IMG/VR virus record: IMGVR_UViG_3300032227_001426 | Location: 1 to 24,030 of that record | DNA from: a virus | Taxonomy: Duplodnaviria; Caudoviricetes | DNA: 24,030 nt | Strand: one strand, 5' to 3' | Shown: piece after piece, positions 15,976 through 22,738 of the stretch | Layout: each line of letters begins with the position of its first letter | Numbering within the stretch: the first letter of the stretch is position 1 | The notes under the pieces: model-generated | Told to the model about the DNA's origin: nothing | What the model saw: only the letters and a program-made list of their open reading frames with translations | Databases searched by the model: none | Position numbers and translations under genes: made by a program

Positions 15976-16605
15976 ATGTTAGACAAAACCAAGGTTTCGA
16001 GGTCCGCGACTGCGCTTCTTGTGGCTTATGCCATATCGCTACCAATCGCCCAATCTCAGACTAATGCTAATGAAGAACAGAATAAATCCAGTGCCACCAA
16101 GCACTCCAAGACGGATAAGGTAACGCCTAAGCCTAAGCCTAAGCATAAGAAAACGCCTAAGCCTAAGCCAACGCCTACAGTCAAAAAGACTCATAAGCCG
16201 TCAAGTATCGGAACCAGTAATCCTGTAGTGATTGCTACCTCTAAGCCAAAACCGACACACGCTTCACGTTCTACCATCAGACAAACATCTGGTGTTTCTG
16301 TAAGCAAGAATCAGGCTTTTGCTAAGTACCATATGGCTACTCATTATGGTTGGGGCAGTGACCAGTACGTCTGCCTAGTGAATCTATGGACTAGAGAAAG
16401 TGGTTGGAGAGAAACTGCTCATAATCCATCGTCTGGTGCACACGGAATTCCGCAATCCTTGCCGGGAAGTAAGATGGCAAGTTCTGGTGCTGATTGGTAT
16501 TCAAACCCTGAAACACAAATCAAGTGGGGATTGAATTACATCAACAGTCGTTATGGAACTCCTTGCTCGGCAATGGGATTCTGGTACAACCATAACTGGT
16601 ATTAA
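15976..16605 (+). CDS. Secreted lytic transglycosylase (SLT/lysozyme-like) with Lys/Pro linker
   Basis: N-terminal signal-like segment; CLVNLWTRESGW (catalytic Glu), AHGIPQSLPGSKM, NPETQIKWGLNYINSRYGTPC. Confidence 0.88.
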   Translation: MLDKTKVSRSATALLVAYAISLPIAQSQTNANEEQNKSSATKHSKTDKVTPKPKPKHKKTPKPKPTPTVKKTHKPSSIGTSNPVVIATSKPKPTHASRSTIRQTSGVSVSKNQAFAKYHMATHYGWGSDQYVCLVNLWTRESGWRETAHNPSSGAHGIPQSLPGSKMASSGADWYSNPETQIKWGLNYINSRYGTPCSAMGFWYNHNWY

Positions 16606-16620
16606 TCTGCTAGAAGCCTT

Positions 16621-16654
16621 AGCCCTCACCTTTTAGGTGGGGGCTTTGTGCTTT
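16621..16654 (+). terminator. Intrinsic terminator after the transglycosylase gene
   Basis: AGCCCTCACCT-ttt-AGGTGGGGGCT 11-bp stem followed by TTGTGCTTT. Confidence 0.8.
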
Positions 16655-16655
16655 G

Positions 16656-16756
16656 GTTATATTGTTGACCTACAAATGTAACAAATACCCCCCTTTTGTT
16701 ATATTGTTGCACTCCAATGCAACTTTTGGGTGCTATTTGTTGCATTGTAATGCAAT
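16656..16756. repeat. Three related dyad-containing direct repeats (putative protein-binding array)
   Basis: GTTATATTGTTG at 16656 and 16698; dyads TTGCA-N6-TGCAA at 16707-16722 and 16740-16755; degenerate copy at 16663-16683. Confidence 0.7.
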
Positions 16757-16785
16757 AAAGTGGAATAAGGGAGGCACTGCTCCAG

Positions 16786-16828
16786 AATAAGAAAGACCCC
16801 CTAGAAGAGAGAAACTAGGGGGACTTTC
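16786..16828 (-). terminator. Intrinsic terminator closing the putative ncRNA
   Basis: GAAAGTCCCCCTAG-tttctctctt-CTAGGGGGTCTTTC followed by TTATT. Confidence 0.75.
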
Positions 16829-17138
16829 GTTGTCACTCATTCGCAAGCGGGTGACTCCACTTGGGACAACTATGGAATGCAAAGGAGGTAAGAATTCCAT
16901 AGTCGTGCGAAGACTAAGAGGTGGAAGGTGAGACTTCACTCACACACAGGGGCAATCCTTGAATCAGTTTAGCCCTGTGACCACAAGTTGTCTGCCGACA
17001 TAAGTAAGACTTTGCAAAAGCCAGCCTCTCTAAGCAGTTGCCCTTGAGAGACCTTTTCCTTACCTTGTGTGCATTACTGGCTACGATTGCGACACCAGCA
17101 TTTCTGCCACTCCCCAAGATAACCGTCGCTATCTCGTT
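16788..17138 (-). ncRNA. Putative ~350-nt structured non-coding RNA of unrecognised family, with an anti-SD loop
   Basis: Bounded by a consensus promoter and a terminator; no credible ORF; about 10 helices, several with G-U pairs that form only on the minus strand. Confidence 0.7.
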
Positions 17139-17144
17139 AGGTAT

Positions 17145-17174
17145 AACCTAGCAGATAGGTTTGGGGGCTGTCAA
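17145..17174 (-). promoter_or_regulatory. Strong SigA-type promoter for the putative ncRNA
   Basis: Perfect TTGACA (17174-17169), 18 nt, extended -10 TGcTAGGTT (17153-17145); predicted +1 at A 17138 or 17137. Confidence 0.75.
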
Positions 17175-17181
17175 ATCGGGG

Positions 17182-17535
17182 TCAGTCTTTTTTGTTTTCC
17201 CCTGATTTTGCAAGGACAAATAGGACTTCAATCTCATCTGAAGAAAGGCTTTCCCTGTGCTCTAGGTAGAGTTCTGCGCTGTCTGGAGTGAGAGAGATGA
17301 GGTGGTCGTCCTCGGTGAACTCAATCTCTACCAAGCCCTTCTGCCATAGAGAGAAGGCAGCATCATCTGTCTTTTGTATGTGCTCGTCGTAGAGTTCAGG
17401 AAGAACTTCTTTGCACTTCTTTGTGACCGTGTAGATTGGCTCATCGTTGTGGTCAGTACCGATGTACTCCAATGCACCTTCAGAGATGAGGTAGTCGATG
17501 AACGCTTCAATGCCTTCTTCTTCTTCAGGTGTCAT
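17182..17535 (-). CDS. Acidic hypothetical protein (possible winged-helix)
   Basis: ATG with AGGA-like SD; 117 aa; coherent gene packing. Confidence 0.7.
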   Translation of the reverse strand: MTPEEEEGIEAFIDYLISEGALEYIGTDHNDEPIYTVTKKCKEVLPELYDEHIQKTDDAAFSLWQKGLVEIEFTEDDHLISLTPDSAELYLEHRESLSSDEIEVLFVLAKSGENKKD

Positions 17536-17547
17536 AATTCCTAATCC

Positions 17548-18633
17548 TTAAATCTTAGGAAGCCGAAGACTGCTAAGAATGTTCTTTAGTGGTACGGATG
17601 CGATATGTGCGGAACTATCTAAAGCACCAAAAGTAACAAGCACGTTCTTTTCGTGAATAGCAATTCCTGATGCAAATTCTACACTCTTATTAAGGAAGTT
17701 AAATTTGTCAGTAACCTTAAGAATTCTTCCTTGCTCATCAAACTGCACAAAGCGATGTGAATAACACCTACGATTGATTGGTGGCTTAGTGATGTCAATA
17801 AAACGCATCTTTTGAGAGAGGTCACGCTGATGAATGATTCCTAGTAGTGTGCCGTTCTCTAGACCTACAAGTTGAGAACTACCGCTGATTGGAAGTCTGT
17901 GTCCTCCAACATCCACTAACTTTCTATCATCGATGTTGAAAGTTTCTGCAGACTGATACCAGTAATCAAAAGAAACGTCATCAGGATTGAATAGAGATAG
18001 TCTGTCTACTGGCATCCAATTCTTTTCATTGACAGTTCTACCCTTTGGAGAATCAAAAATATCAAGTGATGTAGCCTTTGGAGTTTTTCCTGAGAGGTCT
18101 AGTTTCATGGAGCACATCTGAACCGCTGGACTTTTATTAGGTTCGTAGAAAGTTGCAGAGATTCTTAGTCCGTCTTGAGCATGGTGAAGTCTTCCATCTT
18201 CAACACCGCGAACTACTTCATAAGGTGCTTTACCATATGCCTCTGACAAATCGACTTCTCTAATTTTAGAGAGTCTAAGCGTATTTGGATTTAAGTTTGC
18301 AATAAACATTCTATTGCGATACATAGACTCACTGCCATAAGTTCCATCCACAAAAACATCAACATAGTACTCACTAGGATTCTTGTAAGAGTCTGGAGTG
18401 TTGAGTTCTTCGCCTAGTTCTGTTTGCCACTCTGGTCTGTGGTCTCTTAGACCGCCGTTGGTAGAACGGAGTAAGACAAGATAGCCGTGCTCTTCTGTGT
18501 AGCATACGGAAGGATTGAAGGCAGTCCAGTCAGGTTCTTCGCAGTAACGTGCAAGTTGTGATACCTTAGCACCAAGCATTTCAGTTGCGGTTGGTATACT
18601 TCTTAGGTCTTCTGGGTTGACTGGTAGTGGCAT
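17548..18633 (-). CDS. Five-bladed beta-propeller glycosidase-like protein, paralog 2
   Basis: FNPSV, VEDGRL, EKNWMP, SGSSQ, YSHRF, EFASG. Start corrected to ATG 18633 because the longer ORF overlaps the tRNA; TGtTACGCT lies 7 nt upstream. Confidence 0.7.
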   Translation of the reverse strand: MPLPVNPEDLRSIPTATEMLGAKVSQLARYCEEPDWTAFNPSVCYTEEHGYLVLLRSTNGGLRDHRPEWQTELGEELNTPDSYKNPSEYYVDVFVDGTYGSESMYRNRMFIANLNPNTLRLSKIREVDLSEAYGKAPYEVVRGVEDGRLHHAQDGLRISATFYEPNKSPAVQMCSMKLDLSGKTPKATSLDIFDSPKGRTVNEKNWMPVDRLSLFNPDDVSFDYWYQSAETFNIDDRKLVDVGGHRLPISGSSQLVGLENGTLLGIIHQRDLSQKMRFIDITKPPINRRCYSHRFVQFDEQGRILKVTDKFNFLNKSVEFASGIAIHEKNVLVTFGALDSSAHIASVPLKNILSSLRLPKI

Positions 18634-18663
18634 AAGATAAAGCGTAACATAAAATGAAGTAAT

Positions 18664-18736
18664 GTCTCCGTGGCGCAATGGATAGCGCAACAGGTTTCTA
18701 CCCTGTCGGTTGTAGGTTCGAGTCCTACCGGGGACG
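18664..18736 (+). tRNA. trnR: tRNA-Arg (anticodon UCU), CCA not encoded
   Basis: Acceptor GTCTCCG/CGGGGAC, D arm GCGC-AATGGATA-GCGC (A20), anticodon arm ACAGG-TTTCTAC-CCTGT, T arm GTAGG-TTCGAGT-CCTAC, discriminator G. Confidence 0.96.
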
Positions 18737-18740
18737 CAAA

Positions 18741-18769
18741 TTGAAAATGTCAGTGATGTATGATAGAGT
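18741..18769 (+). promoter_or_regulatory. Leaderless promoter
   Basis: TTGAAA, 17 nt, (TGa)TAGAGT, 6 nt, ATG 18776. Confidence 0.72.
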
Positions 18770-18775
18770 CGGGTT

Positions 18776-19096
18776 ATGGGAAAAAAGAGAAACGTAGTGT
18801 CACATCCAGAATCTTGGACTGTGACCAATGAAATTCAAGTAAATGGTCGTACCGTATCTGTGGGGACAGAACTTTCTATTAAGGGTGAGTCTGGTCGCTT
18901 TAGATTTATGAAGCACGTTAAGACTCAGACATCAGAGTGGATTGATGTTATCGGTGGGAAGAAAGGATATTCAACCTGCCGTTCATTCCGTGTAAGCCAA
19001 GTAAAGACGGTACACTGGAAGAATCGAACAGATAAGAATATTGTCAAGGAACGCAAAGAGCGTTTGAAAGCAGAGTCGGGGTCGGAGTCAGAATGA
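18776..19096 (+). CDS. Basic hypothetical protein (beta-rich, actinophage-type)
   Basis: Own promoter; ATGA overlap with the next gene. Confidence 0.75.
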   Translation: MGKKRNVVSHPESWTVTNEIQVNGRTVSVGTELSIKGESGRFRFMKHVKTQTSEWIDVIGGKKGYSTCRSFRVSQVKTVHWKNRTDKNIVKERKERLKAESGSESE

Positions 19097-19569
19097 ATCA
19101 ACTCGCAGAGATTGCTTTAGAAGAAGTTGGATTCGTCAACGGTGAGAACCTAGACAACAAATATGGCAAATGGTATGGGCTTAATAATCAGCCCTACTCT
19201 GCGATGTTCATTTCGTGGTGCTTTGGAAAAGCGGGTAGAAGTGATTTAGTTGAAGTTTCAAGTAAAAAGGGATTCGCTTCAAATAAGATTGCTTACGAAC
19301 ACTTCTACAAAAAGTATGAACAGTATAAATTCTGGCAGGTGCGAGTTGGGGACTTGGTGTTCCTAGACTTCGATGGAAAGAAGAAAGACCTGCAGGTGGG
19401 GATTGTGGTGGGGGTTGGTCGTAAGTTTGGTTATCCGTTATGGATTGAAACTGTAGAAGCGGATACGACAGCAGACAATGCAAGCGCAGAGAGTAAGGGT
19501 CTGCGTACAGGTGTCTACCGTCGTACCCGCGTCAAGAAAGATGTATTAACTATCTTTCGGTTGCTTTAG
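19093..19569 (+). CDS. CHAP-domain-like protein with degenerate catalytic residues
   Basis: NKYGKWYGLNNQPYSAMFISWCF, GDLVFLDF, QVGIV, TVEADT align by eye to CHAP motifs WCAxFVSW, GDxVFF, HVGIV, TIEGNT. Confidence 0.75.
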   Translation: MNQLAEIALEEVGFVNGENLDNKYGKWYGLNNQPYSAMFISWCFGKAGRSDLVEVSSKKGFASNKIAYEHFYKKYEQYKFWQVRVGDLVFLDFDGKKKDLQVGIVVGVGRKFGYPLWIETVEADTTADNASAESKGLRTGVYRRTRVKKDVLTIFRLL

Positions 19570-19832
19570 GAAGCAACTCCATCTTGGCTTGGAAGTTCTA
19601 AATAGATTTCTTTACAAGTTGGACAGACTGGAAAGTTGTCTCCATCTCTGGAGGGAGTCCACACCTTACCGCAAAGTGCGATACTCGGTGTGCCGTTAAC
19701 CATTGACTCCATAACATCGTCCTTGTGAACATAATGTGAGAAGCGTTCGTGGTCTCCGTTGTCAATCTGGAAGTGCGTTGCCAAGTCAACTTCAGTAACG
19801 CTTCCCATAAGGGGTTGTAGTTCTTCGCTCAT
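19566..19832 (-). CDS. DUF3039-family protein
   Basis: GDHERFSHYV...GTPSIALCGKVWTPSRD...PVCPTCKEIY. Confidence 0.85.
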   Translation of the reverse strand: MSEELQPLMGSVTEVDLATHFQIDNGDHERFSHYVHKDDVMESMVNGTPSIALCGKVWTPSRDGDNFPVCPTCKEIYLELPSQDGVAS

Positions 19833-20020
19833 AATCCGAATTCCTTCTTTCGTTCTTTAGAGTAAAATCCATCGCCTTGGAATGTTACTGGAGTTGATTC
19901 AAAGACGCGCTTCAAAGTAGTTCCACACTCAGGGCACTCGAAGGCTTCTTGGTCAGCAAAGATTGAGCGAACCTCTTGGTAAGGATGCTCGTTCTCGCAG
20001 ATGTATTCGTAAGTAGGCAT
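19829..20020 (-). CDS. FmdB-family zinc-ribbon protein
   Basis: MPTYEYIC...CPECG...RVF...FQGDGFY. Confidence 0.88.
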   Translation of the reverse strand: MPTYEYICENEHPYQEVRSIFADQEAFECPECGTTLKRVFESTPVTFQGDGFYSKERKKEFGL

Positions 20021-20029
20021 ATGTTTATT

Positions 20030-20347
20030 CTATCCTAAGTGGTCTGCTAGTTCAGTAAGGAGTGTTGGCTTATTTTTAGCACCAAGAATCTCCTTTACTT
20101 TCTTGCCTTTTACGAAGACACGCATGGTAGGAATCGAACGGATTCCGTCCATAAGTTCAGGTTCATCATCAACATTAACCTTTGCAATGATTACCTTGCC
20201 CTCGTACTCGTCTGATATTTCCTCAAGGATTGGGAGCATCATCTTGCATGGTCCGCACCAGTTAGCCCAATAGTCAACGACTACTGGAACTGATGCGGAT
20301 GCAATGAACTTGTCAAAGGTCTTTGTGTTTAGGATTTCGATTGCCAT
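20030..20347 (-). CDS. trxA: Thioredoxin
   Basis: WCGPC active site and SIPT cis-Pro loop. Confidence 0.95.
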   Translation of the reverse strand: MAIEILNTKTFDKFIASASVPVVVDYWANWCGPCKMMLPILEEISDEYEGKVIIAKVNVDDEPELMDGIRSIPTMRVFVKGKKVKEILGAKNKPTLLTELADHLG

Positions 20348-22405
20348 TTACTTATCCTTGAGATTCTCAGTAATAAGTTTTACTTCACAGGAGTCTGTAC
20401 TGCAGTAGGATTCGCCAACAGCATCGGCAGACATTCCAGCATAGACACCAGAGAAGTCGATTGGGAACAACTTAAGAAGTTCTGCTTCGTAATCTTCTTC
20501 AGAGATTTGCGTGTAAGGCATCTGTGGGTAGGTGAAGTTACCAGACGGTAGGAATGAAACCGTCTTCAACTGACCGTCGTACATGTGCAGAACGGTTCCG
20601 ATGTGGTCTGCTTCAGACTCTGGGTCGAATGAGATTGTTACAGATACAGAGTTGTCTGACCAGTAACGCTGTGCAGTCGCTGCAAGTGACATCTTCTCAA
20701 AGATAGTTACGTCACGCTCTGCACGTTCAGCATCAGACTTGATTGGGAAGAATACAACACTGGTGGTGTCAGGAGATTCTGACGCAGGTTCAACACGGTA
20801 GTTAGCCATCTTGAAAAGCGGAAGCATTGGGTCGCTGTTACCAAAACGGATTGCACGCAAGAAGTACTTACCGCCGGGAGTCCAGTGAACGCCGGGTGAT
20901 TCTCCAGCAAGAATGGATACAGTTCCTGAAGGCTTAACGGTTGTCGTCTTGATTGACTCGCGAATACCTAGCCACTCTGAGTAGAGAATGTCGTAACGCT
21001 TGATGTTCTCGTATCCTGCATCCATCCAGTCGCGCAGGGTTGGTAGACCCTTACGGTCAGCAAAGTTAGCAACACCTGACATAGAAGTTCCGATGCGACG
21101 GTTGCGTTGCATAATTGCGTTGGTCTCTTCCCAATGCGTTGGGAGAAGCGTAACGGTCTTAGCGTAAAGGTACGCAAACTTCAGAGTTCGGTTGTAGTCT
21201 TCAATTGAATCGTGACGGTTGAGGTAAGTTTCAACAAGCGTGCACATCTCGAAAGATTCTAGAGACTGTTCAGCGCAAGGATTGTAACCAGCAATGCGGT
21301 GGTCCTTGTTGTTGATTGGGTCAGCAAGACGACCGTACTTCTTTGATACGTCCATCCAGATTACGCCGGGTTCTCCGTTGCGAGCAATACCATCAACAAT
21401 GTTTGTCAGGTCCTTACCAACTTCAACAGCAACAGAGTTGTTGGACATCCATCCCCAGCCCGGTGCACTAGGGTCATATGAGTTGCGCTCAGGGAATACT
21501 TCAGCGTTCTTGAGATTCAAGAAGTCTTGGTCGTCAATAGAACCGATTAGGAGTTCTGCAGAGCGACGTACATTTCCAGATACAACGCACACACCGATGA
21601 GATTGCCAATGTCAGCAATATCCCTCTTCGTAACCAGTTCACCAGAACGCCCCTTAAATAGTCCATTGATGTAATCGTGTAGTCGCTCCAGCGGAGCGTG
21701 ACCTGCAGCCGTTCCACCAAAGGTAGCAATAGGTGCGCCCTCTGGACGGATTTGGCTGTAATCAAATTCGTAGGTTGGTTGGTCCTGCTTGAGGTAAGAG
21801 TTGATAAGAGCAACGGTTGAGTCAACCCAACCCTCGCGAGTATCTGGGATAGAGAAAACTTCTACATCAGACTTAGGCTTGTAGATAGTGAAATCTTTCT
21901 CAGCACCCTTATCATCAAAGCCAACACCAACGCCGAGCATTGACGCTTCCATCAAGAAAGCGAAAGGCTTTGCAGGATTGTTCTTGGTCATTTCCAATGT
22001 TGATACGAACGCGCAGTTCTGAAGAGCAGCGGAGTTCTTCTGCACGTTGACAATTGGAGTTCCCATAACCCACAAGCCTCTGCCTGGGGGAGTCCACTTC
22101 AGATTGAACAGACGGTCGTATGCTTCCTTAGCGGATGCAGAAGCCTTAGCATCAGACCACGGAAGACGGTTCGTCTTGCAATGTTCTTTCTGGAGTGAGT
22201 ACATGCCATTGATAACGCGCTCGCAAACTTCAGCCCACGTTTCCTTCGTGCCGTCTTCCTTCTTGCGTGAGTAAGTGCGTAGGAAAGTAATCTCGCCTAC
22301 TGAATTACCGCCAGCATCTCGATAGCCGAATGGTGCTTTCTTATCTTTATAAGAAGCAACAAACTCCTCGTTGAGACGGAAGGAAAATTGGACAGCAGTA
22401 GACAT
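20348..22405 (-). CDS. nrdJ: Class II (adenosylcobalamin-dependent) monomeric ribonucleotide reductase
   Basis: PPGRGLW, LQNCAF, GNVRRSA, NPCAEQ, CTLVE, NRRIG, TVKPSGTVS and a C-terminal C-x4-C tail. Confidence 0.93.
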   Translation of the reverse strand: MSTAVQFSFRLNEEFVASYKDKKAPFGYRDAGGNSVGEITFLRTYSRKKEDGTKETWAEVCERVINGMYSLQKEHCKTNRLPWSDAKASASAKEAYDRLFNLKWTPPGRGLWVMGTPIVNVQKNSAALQNCAFVSTLEMTKNNPAKPFAFLMEASMLGVGVGFDDKGAEKDFTIYKPKSDVEVFSIPDTREGWVDSTVALINSYLKQDQPTYEFDYSQIRPEGAPIATFGGTAAGHAPLERLHDYINGLFKGRSGELVTKRDIADIGNLIGVCVVSGNVRRSAELLIGSIDDQDFLNLKNAEVFPERNSYDPSAPGWGWMSNNSVAVEVGKDLTNIVDGIARNGEPGVIWMDVSKKYGRLADPINNKDHRIAGYNPCAEQSLESFEMCTLVETYLNRHDSIEDYNRTLKFAYLYAKTVTLLPTHWEETNAIMQRNRRIGTSMSGVANFADRKGLPTLRDWMDAGYENIKRYDILYSEWLGIRESIKTTTVKPSGTVSILAGESPGVHWTPGGKYFLRAIRFGNSDPMLPLFKMANYRVEPASESPDTTSVVFFPIKSDAERAERDVTIFEKMSLAATAQRYWSDNSVSVTISFDPESEADHIGTVLHMYDGQLKTVSFLPSGNFTYPQMPYTQISEEDYEAELLKLFPIDFSGVYAGMSADAVGESYCSTDSCEVKLITENLKDK

Positions 22406-22447
22406 AGATAACCTCTTTTGTGGGGGATGATTTAGTGCAGGATTAAA

Positions 22448-22456
22448 ATACTAGCA
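22448..22456 (-). promoter_or_regulatory. Extended -10 promoter (TGcTAGTAT) for the nrdJ-trxA operon
   Basis: TGn-TANNNT ~43 nt upstream of the ATG; AGAGG SD. Confidence 0.55.
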
Positions 22457-22474
22457 GGTCTTGCGGTGGAGTAT

Positions 22475-22738
22475 CTACTCGGTAGGAGGAATACTCTGAC
22501 TTTTTCTTAGTGGAAGTCCATTGATTTCAGCGCGAACAACTTCACTACTTGTGAGAATACCAAGAATAAACTGCTCCGACTCTCCGCGCATATACGCTTC
22601 ACTACGAATAGTGTTCAGTTTATTTAAAATTCTGAACAGTCGTTCGCTATCTACAATTGAGTCGTTTTTGTGGTAAGTATCTTCCACTAGAAATCTCCGG
22701 GCTGTACTTGAAGACACTTGAGACCAATCTCTCGCCAC
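22475..22738 (-). CDS. Hypothetical protein
   Basis: Fills the gap on the coding strand; start uncertain (52-bp overlap with the upstream gene). Confidence 0.55.
   Translation of the reverse strand: MARDWSQVSSSTARRFLVEDTYHKNDSIVDSERLFRILNKLNTIRSEAYMRGESEQFILGILTSSEVVRAEINGLPLRKSQSIPPTE

Noticed and set aside
16124-16170. CCTAAG hexamer tandem repeats as a phase-variation tract
   Set aside because: In-frame repeats that simply encode the Pro-Lys linker.
16656-16756. CRISPR mini-array
   Set aside because: Repeats are short and degenerate, spacing is uneven, and there are no cas genes in the window.
16788-17138. tmRNA, RNase P or SRP identity for the ~350-nt RNA
   Set aside because: No tRNA-like acceptor, T arm or CCA end. 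GAAAGTCC resembles RNase P CR-I but sits in the terminator stem at the 3' end without the other conserved regions. No SRP helix-8 motif.
17112-17167. Long plus-strand hairpin (CCCCAAG...CTATCT...GTTAGGT/ACCTAGC...AGATAG...TTTGGGG) suggesting a plus-strand RNA
   Set aside because: It overlaps the minus-strand promoter, no plus-strand promoter was found, and most other helices favour the minus strand. A role as terminator for upstream read-through is not excluded.
16733-17291. ORFs 16733..16939(-), 16914..17117(-) and 17067..17291(+)
   Set aside because: Non-ATG starts, no RBS, no recognisable protein features; one crosses a terminator. Better explained by structured RNA.
18634-18828. N-terminal extension of ORF 17548..18828
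   Set aside because: Antisense to the tRNA and to the next gene; ATG 18633 has its own promoter and matches the paralog's start region.
20348-22405. Intein or intron in nrdJ (also checked by eye in terL, primase-helicase and thyX)
   Set aside because: Frames are continuous, lengths are ordinary and no splice motifs were seen.
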